This document shows, one piece after another, positions 52,021 to 64,000 of a DNA stretch of 64,000 nt. Position 1 is the first letter of the stretch. Each line of letters starts with the position of its first letter. The notes beneath the pieces were generated by a model. That model was not told where the DNA came from. It saw only the letters and a list, made by a program, of their open reading frames with translations, and did not search any database. The DNA comes from the human T2T-CHM13v2.0 reference genome, Homo sapiens, in assembly GCF_009914755.1 (NCBI RefSeq), contig NC_060933.1; one strand, written 5' to 3'. Made by a program: the position numbers and the translations under genes.

Positions 52021-53316
52021 AGTGCTATTTTCAATTTTCTTTGGAAGAACCTCAATACTGTTTTCTGTGTTTTACTAATTTGCATTCCCGTCAATAGTGT
52101 ATAATGGTTTTCTTTTCTCCACATTCTTACCAACACTTATCTTTTCTCTTTTTGATAATAGCCATTTTAACAGGTGTGACATGATATCTCATTGTGGTTT
52201 TGATTTGCATTACTCTGAAGTTTAGAGATGTTGACAACATTTTCATATACCTGTTAGCCATTTGAGTTTCTTCTTTTGAGATGTATTTATTTAGGTTATT
52301 TGCCTTAAAATAAAATTAGGTTATTCATAATTTTGGAATTGATGTGTATGTGTCCTTCTTATTTTTTGAACTCCTTATAAGAGATATGGTTTAAAACATT
52401 TTCCCCATTTCATAGGTTGCATTATCATTTCATTAGTTGTTTTCTTTGCTGTGCAGAAGCTTTTTAGTTCGATGTAATTCATTTATCTATTTTGCCTTTG
52501 TTGCCTGTGCTTTTGGCATCATATCTAAACAAATTATTGCCAAGACCAATGTCAAGAATGTTTTCTCTTGTCTTCTTCCAGGAGTTTTATGGTTTCAGTG
52601 ATTACATTTAAACGTTTAATCCATTTTGAGTTAATTTTTACATAAGGCGTGAGCAAGGGATCCGATTTCATTCTTTTACATGTAGACATCCACCTTTCCT
52701 AACACCATTTGGTCAAGAGCATATCCTCTCCCTATAGTGTCTCCTTGTCACCTTCCAGGGTGATCAATTGCTGCAAATGTGTGGGTTATGCCTAGGTTCT
52801 CTATTTTGTTTCACTGGTTTATGTGTCTGTTTTTATGCTAGTACCATAGTGTTTTTTCTTTCTACAGCTTTATAATTTAATTTGAAGTCAGGAAGTGTGA
52901 TACCTGTAGCTTTGTTCTTGCTCAAAATTGCTTCTGCCACTCAGGGATTTTTGTGATTCTATATGAATTTTAGGATTTTTTTTTCTATTTCTGTGAGAGA
53001 TACCATTGGGATTTTGATATGGATTACATTAAATGTGTAGATTGCTTTGAGTAATATGGACACTTTAATAATACAGTACTAACTCTTTCAATCCATGGGT
53101 TGTCTTTCAATTTACTTTGGTTTAAATTTCTGTCATCAATCTTTTATAATTTGTAGTGTTTAAGTCTTTCACTTGTTTGGTTAGTTAGTTCCAAAGTAGT
53201 TTATTTGATACTGTTTTTTAAATTTCCCTTTCAGACAATTCTTTGTTAGTTTTTAGAAATAGCAATGATTTTTGTATGTCGATTGTGTATCCTACAACTT
53301 TAGTAAATTTATTATA

Positions 53317-53540
53317 TAGTCAGTCCTTCATATCCATGTGTTTTGCAACCATGAACTCAATCAACTATGAACATAACTTGTACACATTTTCCATCTGTGG
53401 TGGTTTGAATCCACAGATGTGTACCCATGGATACATAGGGCCAACTGTACACGATTTTATGTGAGGGAGTTGATCATCACAGATTTTGTTATCTGAGGGG
53501 GTCCTGAAACAAATCCCCAGCAGATATGAAAGACTGACTA
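53317..53540. mobile_element. MER2-family (TcMar-Tigger) MITE in L1MA
   Basis: TIRs TAGTCAGTCCTTCATATC / GATATGAAAGACTGACTA with TA duplication. Confidence 0.78.
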
Positions 53541-56500
53541 TATTATTTGTAACCATTTTCTGTGGAGTCTTTACAGTTTTCAATGTATAATAATCATGTT
53601 TTCTGTTAACAGAGGTAACTACATCTTTCCTTTCAATTTTGATGCCTTTTATTTCTCTTGCCTGATTGCTCTGGCTAGGATTTCCAGTACTATGTTGAAT
53701 AGGAGTGATGAGAGTAGACATCCTTGTCTTGTTCCAGATATTAAGAAAAAGCTTTCAGTTTTTCCCCACTGATTATAATATTAGATATAGGTTTTTCATA
53801 TACAGCCTTTACAGTGTTGAGGTAAGTTTCTTGTATACTTATTTTGTTGAGAGTTTTATCATGAAAGTATATTGAATTTTGTCAAATGTGTTTTCTGCAT
53901 CCATTGGAATGTTATTTTTATCTTTCATTCTGTTAATGTGGTATATCACATTATTAATTTTTACACATTGAAACATCCTTGTATCACATAGATAAGTTAC
54001 AATTGGTCATGGTGTATGACCTTTTCAATGTGCTTTTGAATTCAGTTTGCTAGTTAGTATTTTATTGAGAATTTTTGCATCTATATTCGTTAAGGATACT
54101 GGTCTGTAATTATTTTTTCTTGTGTTGTCTTCGTCTAGCTTTTAAGTCATGGTAACATCGGCCTCATGAAATGAGTTTGAGAGTATTCTCTCTTCTATTT
54201 TTTCTGAAGAGTTTAAGAAGTTTTGGTGTTAGTTCTTCTTTGAATGTTTGGTAGAAGTTGCCCATGAAAGCATCTGCACCTGGGCTTTTCTTTGTTGGGA
54301 AATTATTGATTACTGATTAAATCTCTTTGCTTGCTTTTGGTCTGTTCTATTTCTTTTTTGTTCCATTTTGGTAGATTGCATCTTTCTAAGAATTTATCCA
54401 TTTATTCTAGGTTATCCAATTTATTGGCATATAATCGCTTAATTGTCCTTTATAATCATTTGTATTCCTGTACATTTCCTATAATGTCTCCATTTTCATT
54501 TCTGATTATATTTACTTGAGTTTCTCTTTTTTTCTTAGTGTAGCTAAGGGTCTGTTATTTTTGTTTGTATTTCCAAAAATTCAACTCTAACTTTGTTGAT
54601 TTTTCTATTGTTTTCTATTTTATAGTTATTTTATTTATATTCTAATCTTTATTATTTACTTCATTATGCTAACTTTGGGTTTAGTTAGTTTCTCTTTTTC
54701 TAATTGTTTATTTGTAAAGTTAGGTTGTTCGAGTTAGATCTTTCTTATTTTTTAATGTAGGTATTTAACACTGTAACATTTCCCTCTTAGCACTTCTTTT
54801 ACTGAATCCTGTAAGTTTTGTTGAGTTGTATGTTCATTTTTGTTTGTCTCAAGATATTTTTAAAATTCCCTTTTGATTTCTTCTTTTACCCAATGGTTGT
54901 TTAAGCATGTGTTGTTTAGTTTCTGCATTTTTGTAAATGTTTCTGTTTTCTTTGTTATTGACTTCTAATTTTATTCCATTGTGGAATGAGAAGATACTTG
55001 GCATTATATCAAACTTCTTAAATTTGTAGTATGCCTTGTGACCTAAGATTTGATCTATCTCAGAGAAGATTCTGTGTGCACTTGAGAAGAATGTATATTC
55101 TGCTGCTATTGGATGGAAAGTTGTGTATCTGTCAGTGTTTAATCTACTGTGTTGTTCAAGTCAGCTGTTTCCTCTTTTTTTATTCCCTCCTAGATGTTCT
55201 ATCCATTATTGAATTTGGGGTACTGAAGTTGGCTACTATTATTTTAGTGTTACTGATTTCTCCCCTTAGCTTTGTTGATATTAACTTTATATATTTAGGT
55301 GTTCTAATGTTGGGTGGATATATATTTTCAATCTTCCCATTGGATTGAACTTTTATCATTATATAATGACATTCTTAGTCTCTAGTGACAGTTTTTGATT
55401 TCAAGTCTATTTTTTCTGATCTAAATATAGATACCCTTGCTCTTTTTTGTTTACCATTTGTGTACAGTATCTTTTCCCATCCCTTCACTTTGAGCCTCTA
55501 CGTATCTTTATATCTAAAGTGACTCCCTTATAAATATGTACTGATGAGTATCTTTTATGCATTGTGCCACTCTATGTCTTTTAATTAGATAGTTTAATAC
55601 TTTCACATTTAAAGTCATTGTTGATAGGTAAGGAGTAACTTGCGTTTGGTTAATTGTTTTTCATATGTTTTGCAGTTCTTTTTTTTTTTCCTCTCTTGCT
55701 GTCTTCTTAGTTTGGTTATTTCTTGTAGTGGTTTGGTTTCATTTATTTTTCTTCACATTCTGTGTAGCTCCTATAAGCTTTTGATTTGTGGTTGCAAATT
55801 TACATCTTCTATAAGCAGATGTCTTAATGTTATCAGCTTTTTTGGAATCATTTTCTTTCTGTTTCCTCTTCAGACATATTTGCAAATACTGTTTTTCAAG
55901 ACACAAGTAAATAGGGTTCTGGTTAGAAATTTATCAATACGAAAAAAAAGATCCTCTGAGTCTTTTGATAAGTTAGAAAATAATGAGAGACTGCGGTAGA
56001 ATGTCATGTATTTCAAGCTCTGTCATCTATGTTACTCTGCAATATATTTTCTGTGTGTATTAGTCAGTTATATATTTATAAGGTAAATCCATAAAGCATA
56101 CATTCTAGAATGCCCTAACTTAAGTCCTTAAGAGATATGCTCCTTATAGCCTTCTTGGCACTCCTGAAGTGTTAAATATTTCCATTGAAGAAGGTTGTAT
56201 ATGGCTTCTGAGATGAAGTCTAGACAGGTTAGGATTATTTTTTGCTCCTTTTGCCCACACAGCACCCACTGTCCCCTCCCTTTGTTATTAGCCATTATCT
56301 GATACCCTAGATGAAGCCATCTTCTATCCTTCAGTTTTGGCGTGGTGGCTGATTTCACCCCCAGTTTCAGGAATAAGCACAGGACAGCTACTAACAAGTA
56401 TGTTGTTCACTCAAGGAAGAAACCCAGCTAAGGGAGAAAGGGGGGTTGAAATCCAGCCTGCATGCTCTTCTCCAAGCCACATGCCCTGATACAGGGCTGC

Positions 56501-58452
56501 ATCTAACTGGAGAAAGGGGAGCCATTTTCTAATACTTGCAAAGGCACTGTGTGGACAGTGGAAACCCTGTATGAGCTCATGACACAGGCCTGGCCAATGA
56601 ATATACTTCTAATCCTGGCACAGATGAAACTAGAAATGGACATGAAATCCAAGCCTCACACCCAAAGTCAATCTCTAGTCTCTTATTGAAACTATTAGAA
56701 GTGTTTCTGTTTTTGCTTTATTCTGGGGCTGTGGAACTAAGGAAATGTAAACTGGGGGAGTGATGATGGCCACATTGCAGCACAAAGGGAAAACTTGTCT
56801 GAGAATAAAATCAATGGGGAAGAAAAAAGCAAGGAAGCTGAGAGGAGCCAAGTCCTGAGTCCCTACATTCAGCCATTCTGAAGCTACACCCTGGATTTTT
56901 CCATTATACGAGTCCACAAATTAATATTTTTTTTTGGCTTAGACCAGTTTGAGTTTGAATTCTATTATTTATAACCAAAGGAGTCCTACCATATTATCTT
57001 AGCCGGATTTTCATAAACACGGTATATGTTGATCAACAAACTTCCTAAATGTTTCAAGTTCACTCCAAAGAGTGAGGGGAAAAAAGAAAGAAGTGGAAGA
57101 AAATAGTTACTTATCATCCACAGTAGTCAAGGAAGCTTCAGAAGCATCAAGCAAAAGCAGCAGAAGTTAGCTTTGTACTCCCACAAACCCTGCTCTGAAG
57201 TACTCCGCCTAGTGGCCCACAGCAGAAGCTGCATTTCTAAAATCTTTAAAAAGACAGAAAAGGAATCGCCACTTACCCTGGGAACCCTAACAGGGGAGCA
57301 GGCCATATGGGAATATGTCCCATTGGTTTGAGGTCGATAAGTCCATTTTCAAAGCTTTAGTAATTCCAGAAACAAGAACATGTTTATTTTACTTTGATCA
57401 CACAATGCCTAGTTATATTAAAAGGAGACATTCAATAAATACCTTTTATGGAAATAAAAACAGACAATTTAGGAGAAAATTAACTATCGATGCATTGTTT
57501 TCAAAGGTAAAGAAAAAAAGAAATTATTCTGAACACACAAAACTATTTTATCAAGTATCATGGTAAATTAGCATTATATACTAGGTCACTTAATAAATTT
57601 CCAGAGATGATTGGAAAGAGTTTCCACAATAGATTTTGTTTCACCCCAGGAAGAAGTTTCACAAAAAGTTAGTTACTTATCTCCATTGTTACTAGTACCA
57701 AACTAATCCTATCATTCTGAGTCTAATTACAAATAACGTCCACACTTTTCTCCAGTGAGATCACAGGAGATGCCTAAGTGGAGTGTGTTTTAATGTGAGG
57801 GGATAATTGGTTTATATTTTTCACTGAAAATATCAAATTCTAGACAACTTAAGCGAAATAGGAATTCGATGAAAGGATATTGAATAGTTCACAAAATCAC
57901 TGAAGATGCTGGAGAAGCAAGGTAAGAACTGAGGGAAACTCAGCACAGCCAAGCTCATTCGATGGAAGCAGATCTTGGGATGCCACCACTAGGATGTTGC
58001 CATTTGACACTTGTCACCATGTAGCTGGGCTCTGCTGAACCTAGGACCTTGCTGCCACATTCCTGGACCTGCATCTCTGCTCAATGTCTCAGAATCATCT
58101 CTGATTCTTTCAGGTCTTTTGCATCATTTCATCGGGTTCCAAGTTCTAATAAAGAGACATCCGTTGGCTGGGCCTAGATATGTGCCCACACGTGAGTGGC
58201 CAAGAAACTGGAAAAAGGATCATGCACTCCTTTCAGCTTTTGTAATGGAAGGTGGGGCCTGTCCTCATATTTCGCTTGGGGTTCAAAAAACTAGGAAGGG
58301 TGTTTTGTTGAAATGAAACCCAAAATTATAGCTATCCATTTATAGCAACTTATTTGTACAGGAAGAAACCATGAGACAAAATGTATAAAAGTGCATGGGA
58401 GGTATAAACATATGAGGGGGTTTCTGAGGAGAGAAAGATCATACTTGATTGG

Positions 58453-58839
58453 TGCCATGGTTTCACTGTGCCTCCTCCAAGATTCAGCGTTGACAATGTG
58501 ATAGTGTGGAGATGGAGCCTACAGGAATTGATTAGGCCATCAGGACTCCTACCTCAGGAATGGGTTTAGGAGCCCTCATGAAAGGGCTCCATGGAGGGAG
58601 TTCATCCCTCTTGCCCTCCCGCCTTCCACCATGTGAGGACACAATGTTCCCTGTCTCTGGAAGATGCAGCATCAAAACACCATCTTGAATGGAGAGAACA
58701 GCCCTTTCCAGACATCAGACCTGCCAATGCCTTGATCTTGGACTTCCTAGTCTCCAGAACTATGACAGATAAACGTCTGGTTTTCATAAATTGCCTAGTC
58801 TGTGTTATTTTGTTGTAAGAGCATAAATTGACTAAGACA
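58453..58839 (+). mobile_element. MST-family solo LTR
   Basis: TG...CA termini with perfect 5-bp TSD ATTGG (58448-58452, 58840-58844). Confidence 0.85.
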
Positions 58840-59160
58840 ATTGGGGATTAGAAAAAGTTTTTTGAAGTGGCATTTGAGAAGGGCTTGATAGATAAGATCT
58901 CTACAAATAGAAATAGAGAGATGGTTTGAAATCACCCAGGTGAAAGGAGTAACACAGCCATGTTCAGTCTGAATGCAAAACGGAGATGGTAAAAAGTACA
59001 TAGGATTCCACCACCAGTGGGAGGACAGAATTGCAATGTGGCAGCAATCTGTAAATATAATATTTATCACTCATTCACATTTATTTAGAGTCTAATGTGT
59101 CCTAGGCTCCGAAATTAAGCAAAGAAAATCTAGATATGCATAAGTCCAAGACTTTGCCTT

Positions 59161-59643
59161 TGTGACAGTCAAAATAATGACCCCATAAAGATGTTCTAGT
59201 CACTGGAATCTGTGACCATATTACTTTACATGGGGCAAAAGGGACTTTGGAGATGTGATTAACCCTTAAGTTAGGGGGATTATCCTTGATTATCTTGGGA
59301 GCCAATCTAATTGCATGTGTCTATAAAATCAGAGAATCTTTCCTAGCTACAGTCAGAAGGTGATATGGCTACAGAACAATGGCCACAGACATCCCACATT
59401 ACTAGCTTTGAAGATGGAGGGATGGTCCCATGATCCAAGGAATAGGGACAGCATCTAAAAGTTGGAAAAGGAAATGGATTCTCTCTAGAGCCTCCAGAAA
59501 GCAATACAGCCCTGACAACACCTTGACTTAAGCCCAGTAAGACCACAGTCAGAGGTTTGCCCTACAGAACTATAGGGTTGTAAGTCTTTGATTTAAGCCA
59601 CAAAGTTGTGGAAGTTTGTTATGGCAGCAATAGAAAATTAATT
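59161..59643 (+). mobile_element. MaLR solo LTR (MLT1D-like)
   Basis: TGTG..AATAATGACCCC..GCAAAAGGGACTTTG..CTCTAGAGCCTCCAGAA..GCAGCAATAGAAAATTAA. Confidence 0.75.
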
Positions 59644-61240
59644 TTAAGAACTTTATTATTTGGAAGATAGGCAGACCAGACAATCCAAATTATAATATAA
59701 TTCGATTAAAACCTATGGAGATTTGGGCTAGGTGTTTTAGAAAAGAATTGAGTATTAACAGACTAACAGAAGAAATGTTCTAAAATTTACACACTAAGTA
59801 CATCACATTTTTCTAATGATCACTTTGACAGAGCAACGTTGATCACGTTGATAGATCACGTTGATAGAGCAATCCATGGTTTTAACAAACCAACAGGCTT
59901 ATATACATATATATAAAATACTATATATATAATATATGGCATAGCCCCATGGGCATGGGTAGCCCTGGGTCAAAGGGCGGCACTGTACTAGCAGCCCACA
60001 CCCCACCTCACCTGCCTACCCTGAGCTGACTTGTCTGCTAAATGATAAATAAACCTGTCAACCTGTCTGTTTTAACTTAGAAGGGCCTGGATGCAACAAG
60101 CCTGAGGGCTGTGACTGGGGGAAGAGAGAGCACAGACGGAGCTCCTCCTCCTTCTTCCACTGCCCACCAACTGAAAACCACCAACTGAAGTATGCTTAGA
60201 TTCTCAGCCTACACCTTGTTCCCAACAAAACTCATGCAATACTTTGGCCCCCACTACAATCTCTGGAATAAAATATTCTACAGATCTGCTTTTTGAGCTG
60301 CAACTTATCTTACTAAATTCCAAGAAGCTTATGTAAGAGAAAACCACCAGATAATACAAGATTTTCAATGTGATCATCATTGCTACTTTTAACTGGAAAT
60401 TATCCAGTAAATGTATTGTGAACTGCTTTGGGACTATGGCGATTTGTTTAGTCTTTCTGATCCTTGGTTTGATTATCTCAAATACATGAGTATCACCAAT
60501 TTTATAAAGTTGCTCTAAAAATTAAATGAAAGAAAAATAATCCTCCTTCTCCATATATTGAACACTTACAAAATTATTGGCATTGTGTCCAGGTTTTTAT
60601 ATACTTACCAGATAGAAGTCTCCTAACAACGCTCTCTTTTAAATTACAAGCATTTTGCCATGGCATTTACACATGTACGTTATGGAAGCCTCGTAAGAAT
60701 CACATCTTTTATAGATCGGCAAACTGAGGCTCAGACGAGTTAAAAACACATTCACCATCAAATCATAATGAGGGATGGAACTGGGATTCAAATCCGGTTC
60801 TCTCTGATGCCAAAAATGGTGCAATTTAACGAGCACCAAGTTACAGCCAGAACATGGAGGGATCAAAATATGTGGATTCCCTTTTCTGCCCCCTCATGTG
60901 GGAATTTCAATAGCTTTCACTGCCTCAGAGAAATCCTAAACTCCCTCCCAGGTTGCCTTGCAATGGCCCCCTTATTCGTGGGGATGATTAGGAATCTGCA
61001 TTTTTGGACCACAAGCATCTATAAAGAGTTGTGTTGATCAAAAAATAAAATTTTCTAGGCCATAGGTTACTGTGAATTATCTAGCTTCTCTGCAAAAAAT
61101 AAAGGGGCTATTCCATGTAAAAAAAACACAGGATCCACTGAATCTGTGCAGAAAGACATAGAACTATACTGCAGAAGCATCTTACAGACAGCTGCCCCTG
61201 AAGACCAGCCGAAACACACAAAGCAAGAGCACCTCCAATG

Positions 61241-61340
61241 ACCAGGTGTGGTGGCTCTTGCCTGTCATCCCAGCAGTGTGGCCAGGGGTTTGAGACCAGC
61301 TTGGGCAACACAGTGAGACCTTGTCCCTACAAAAAAAAAT
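61241..61340 (+). mobile_element. Internally deleted Alu monomer
   Basis: CCAGGTGTGGTGGCTC..ATCCCAGCA joined to GGCCAGGGGTTTGAGACCAGC, A tail. Confidence 0.7.
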
Positions 61341-62254
61341 CATTTTTTATTATTCGAATCAAGAAGAGTACCTCTAACCCCTTGCCGTTGCTTTAGGGTT
61401 GATAGCTCTGGTCTAGAACTCAAGATATGAAACTGTGAGTCCCAGTGTAGCTACTTAAGTTTAAATACAAGAGCTGTCAGACATTTCCTCTAAAGCAACG
61501 AAATCTGTAGCATCCATTTTGTACTTTGAAAACTTAGTTTTTGGCCAGCCTCTAGGAAGAAGAAGAGGGCCCATAACTGGGCATATGGGTAGGGAGGAGA
61601 AAAGAAACCAGCTGGATGCAACAGGGAAAGACCAAGGGATGGAGACGCCAGGCAGAGCCAGTCCTCATGCTTGGGGCCTGGGCCTAGGAAAGGAACTAGG
61701 TGAAGAAGGGAGGAGCCCCAGGCTGTGGATGTCTCTGGGGGAACCTTGGTTCAGCAACGGCCAGAGGAGCTCCTGAGGCCAAGTGGTATCTGTCGCCTCC
61801 CTACCTTTGGGCGTCTTCTGGTCTTCAATGTGCTGCAAGTCATGGCTCCGGAATCAAATTGGGCTCAAATTGTGCGAGCTCCAACGCAGTGGAGCCTGGC
61901 GCTACTCCCACCTCCTCCTCGTGGATCTCAGAGCTGCAGGATGGCTCTGCCCACCGCACCCTAAGCTGGCCCCGCTTGGGGCTGGCATTGGGGGACAGCA
62001 TGTTCTGGGCGTCTCTGCTCCTTTCTGCTGGTGCCTGTGCCTTTGCTGGCCGACGACTCATAGATATCAGAGCCACAGGACGGCCCCGCAGAACCCCTGC
62101 GCCGGCCCTGCTGGGGGCTGGCTTTGGTGCACATGCGACCAGTCATCGTGGTCCCCATGGGGCATCTCTGCTCTTCTCGAGGCAGCTTGGGCCTTCGCTT
62201 GCCCCTACGTCTGCAGAGCTGAGCACCTGCCACCTCTCCCCAGGAAAGGCAACC

Positions 62255-62465
62255 AAATGCCACCAACTTAAGGCACCCACTGAAGGCCACCAACTGAAGG
62301 CCGGTTGCCGTGCCAACTTGATGGTGTCCTGCTTAGGAAGAACCAATCAGGCCTTGAGTTCCCTCCATGCGCTGCCCTTCCATTTGTGACGTGGGAGTCC
62401 AGGCACTGGCTCACAAAGCCGCGCCCCCCAGCGACCCCGCCCCACCTTTCATTTATTGGTAGCTG
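62255..62465 (-). promoter_or_regulatory. Candidate GC-rich promoter (MYB, RFX X-box, NF-Y, CRE-like, GC-box motifs)
   Basis: CAACTG 62291; GTTGCCGTGCCAAC 62304-62317; AACCAATCAG 62341; TGACGTGG 62387; CCCCGCCCC 62435; ATTGG 62455; local CpG enrichment; downstream minus-strand donor AAG|GTAGGG at 61805. Confidence 0.5.
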
Positions 62466-64000
62466 GTAGCAAATTTCAGGTTTCCTCACTGTGAATTATG
62501 GATATGAATTATGATGCAATTACTATATCCTAATGTACCTCATGCACTATCTGACCACCAAAGTCCCCTCTTCCCCCATGGCCTCTGAGTTTTTTGGAAA
62601 CTAGAAAGAAGATACATTTCTGCAGGTGCTTTCAGAAAAAAACATTGCCACGATCTAAGGTTACTCTGTGATGTCAAGTCATATTTCATATGCCATATAT
62701 ATTCATATTTATATTCATAATTCAAAATGCACATATTCAATCAAAATAACAGGACTAAAAAGGAAATTTTCTAAAATTTATACACTAAGTACATTATATT
62801 TTTCTAATGATCACTTTGATAGAGCAAACTTAGAAACTATGGTTTCAACAAATGAAGAGGCTTATGCAAGAGAAAACCACCACCTAACACAAGATTTTCA
62901 ATGTGATCATCATTGCTACTTTTCACTAGCAATTATCCAGTCAATATATTGTGAACTGCTTTGTTACTATGGTGATTTATTTAAACTTAGTGATCCTTTG
63001 ATTATCTCAAAAATATGAATAATACCAATTTTATAAACTTGTTCTAAAAATTAAATGAGAGAAAAATAATCCTCCTTCTCTATATATTGAAAACCTACAA
63101 AATTAGTAACATTGTGTCCAGATATTACACACTTACCTTATTGAAGCCTCATCACAACCCCGTCTTTTAAATTACAGGGATTATTCCCAGATTTTTAAAC
63201 ACTTACCTTATGCAAGTCTCATAACAATCCCATCTTTTATAGATGAGCAAACTGAGGCTCAGATGAGTTAAAAACACATTCACCATCAAATCATAATGAG
63301 TGATGGAATTGAGATTCAAATCCAGTTCTCTCTGACACCAAAGATGGTGCAATATAATGAAGACCAAGTTATATCCAGCACATGGAGGGATCAAAACATG
63401 TTGATTCCCTTTCTCTACCCTCTTACATGTGAATCTCAATGACTTTCACTGCCTCAGAACAATCCTAAACTCCCTCCCAGGTTGCCTTGCAGAGGATCCC
63501 TTCATTTTGGCGACGATTAGGAATCCGCATTTTTGGACCACAGGCATCTATAAAGGGTTGTGTTGATCAAGAAACAAAATTGTCTAGGCCATAAGTTACT
63601 GTGAATTGTCTAGCTTCTCTGCAAAAAATAAATGGGCTATTCTCTTTATTTTTTACTATTTCACTATTGAGAATAGCCTAGAATCAACCTAAGTGTCCAA
63701 GAAGTCTTGGTTTAACCCTGAGGATTACTAATGTTTTCACTGTGGTCATTGTGGTAGATTATATTATCATTCTCCCATTATCTGGTCTTCCTACTGCAGT
63801 GACCCTATCTCCTAGAAGATTATACATTTCTGTCCTATTGAAGGAAGGGTCAGATTTAGATATGTGACCTGTTAGGCCACTGAAATGCAGGTAGAAGTGG
63901 CATGTGTAACTTGTAAGCAGAAAATTTCCTTTTTCAAGGATCTGGGAGCCATCCCTTTCAAATGTAATCCTCCAGAAAGATAATACCTTATTTCCCAGTC

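Larger units (their letters stand above)
51046..55800 (-). mobile_element. Ancient L1MA element (3'UTR plus ORF2 remnant)
   Basis: L1MA-type 3' end at 51050-51700 and T-rich antisense ORF2 sequence (GTGCAGAAGCTTTTTAG, TTGAAGTCAGGAAGTGTGA, TTCCAGTACTATGTTGAATAGG). Confidence 0.85.
59755..63640. repeat. Diverged local direct duplication (59755-59900 plus 60321-61110 versus 62745-63640)
   Basis: Long collinear matches, e.g. CACTAAGTACAT..TTTTCTAATGATCACTTTGA, AAGATTTTCAATGTGATCATCATTGCTACTTT, GAGTTAAAAACACATTCACCATCAAATCATAATGAG, TGCAAAAAATAAA.GGGCTATTC. Confidence 0.88.

Noticed and set aside
61700-62389. 229-aa and overlapping ORFs in the GC-rich region; a GDHDD peptide on the minus strand reminiscent of POTE N-termini
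   Set aside because: GC-rich DNA is stop-poor in several frames; no recognisable domain, and flanking residues do not match POTE

Overview
Primate (human-like) heterochromatin-edge DNA, not microbial. Positions 1-~22,230 are a block of 48-bp CER (D22Z3-type) satellite, interrupted by a full-length, inactivated L1PA3-like LINE-1 that carries a second, older-type L1 3' end inside the same target-site duplication (probable 3' transduction). The satellite is fused through a fold-back scar to the middle of a younger, minus-strand L1 (L1PA2/late-L1PA3-like) with an intact ORF1 and 5'UTR, whose sense promoter points into the satellite. The remaining ~39 kb is non-satellite, segmental-duplication-like sequence rich in ancient repeats. 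It includes a Ricksha MULE DNA transposon nesting FLAM>THE1D and an AluS, a 7SL retrocopy that has spawned an internal 15-unit minisatellite, a 43-bp VNTR, MaLR LTRs, L2/MIR/L1M, two candidate minus-strand exons, and at the right end a decayed tandem duplication with a GC-rich promoter-like module bearing MYB/RFX/CRE/NF-Y/GC-box motifs. No conventional host protein-coding gene can be identified. Repeat subfamily names come from remembered consensus sequences and need RepeatMasker/Dfam confirmation; boundaries of old repeats are approximate. I see several mechanistically informative rearrangements and candidate regulatory modules, but no firm evidence of a wholly new biological system.
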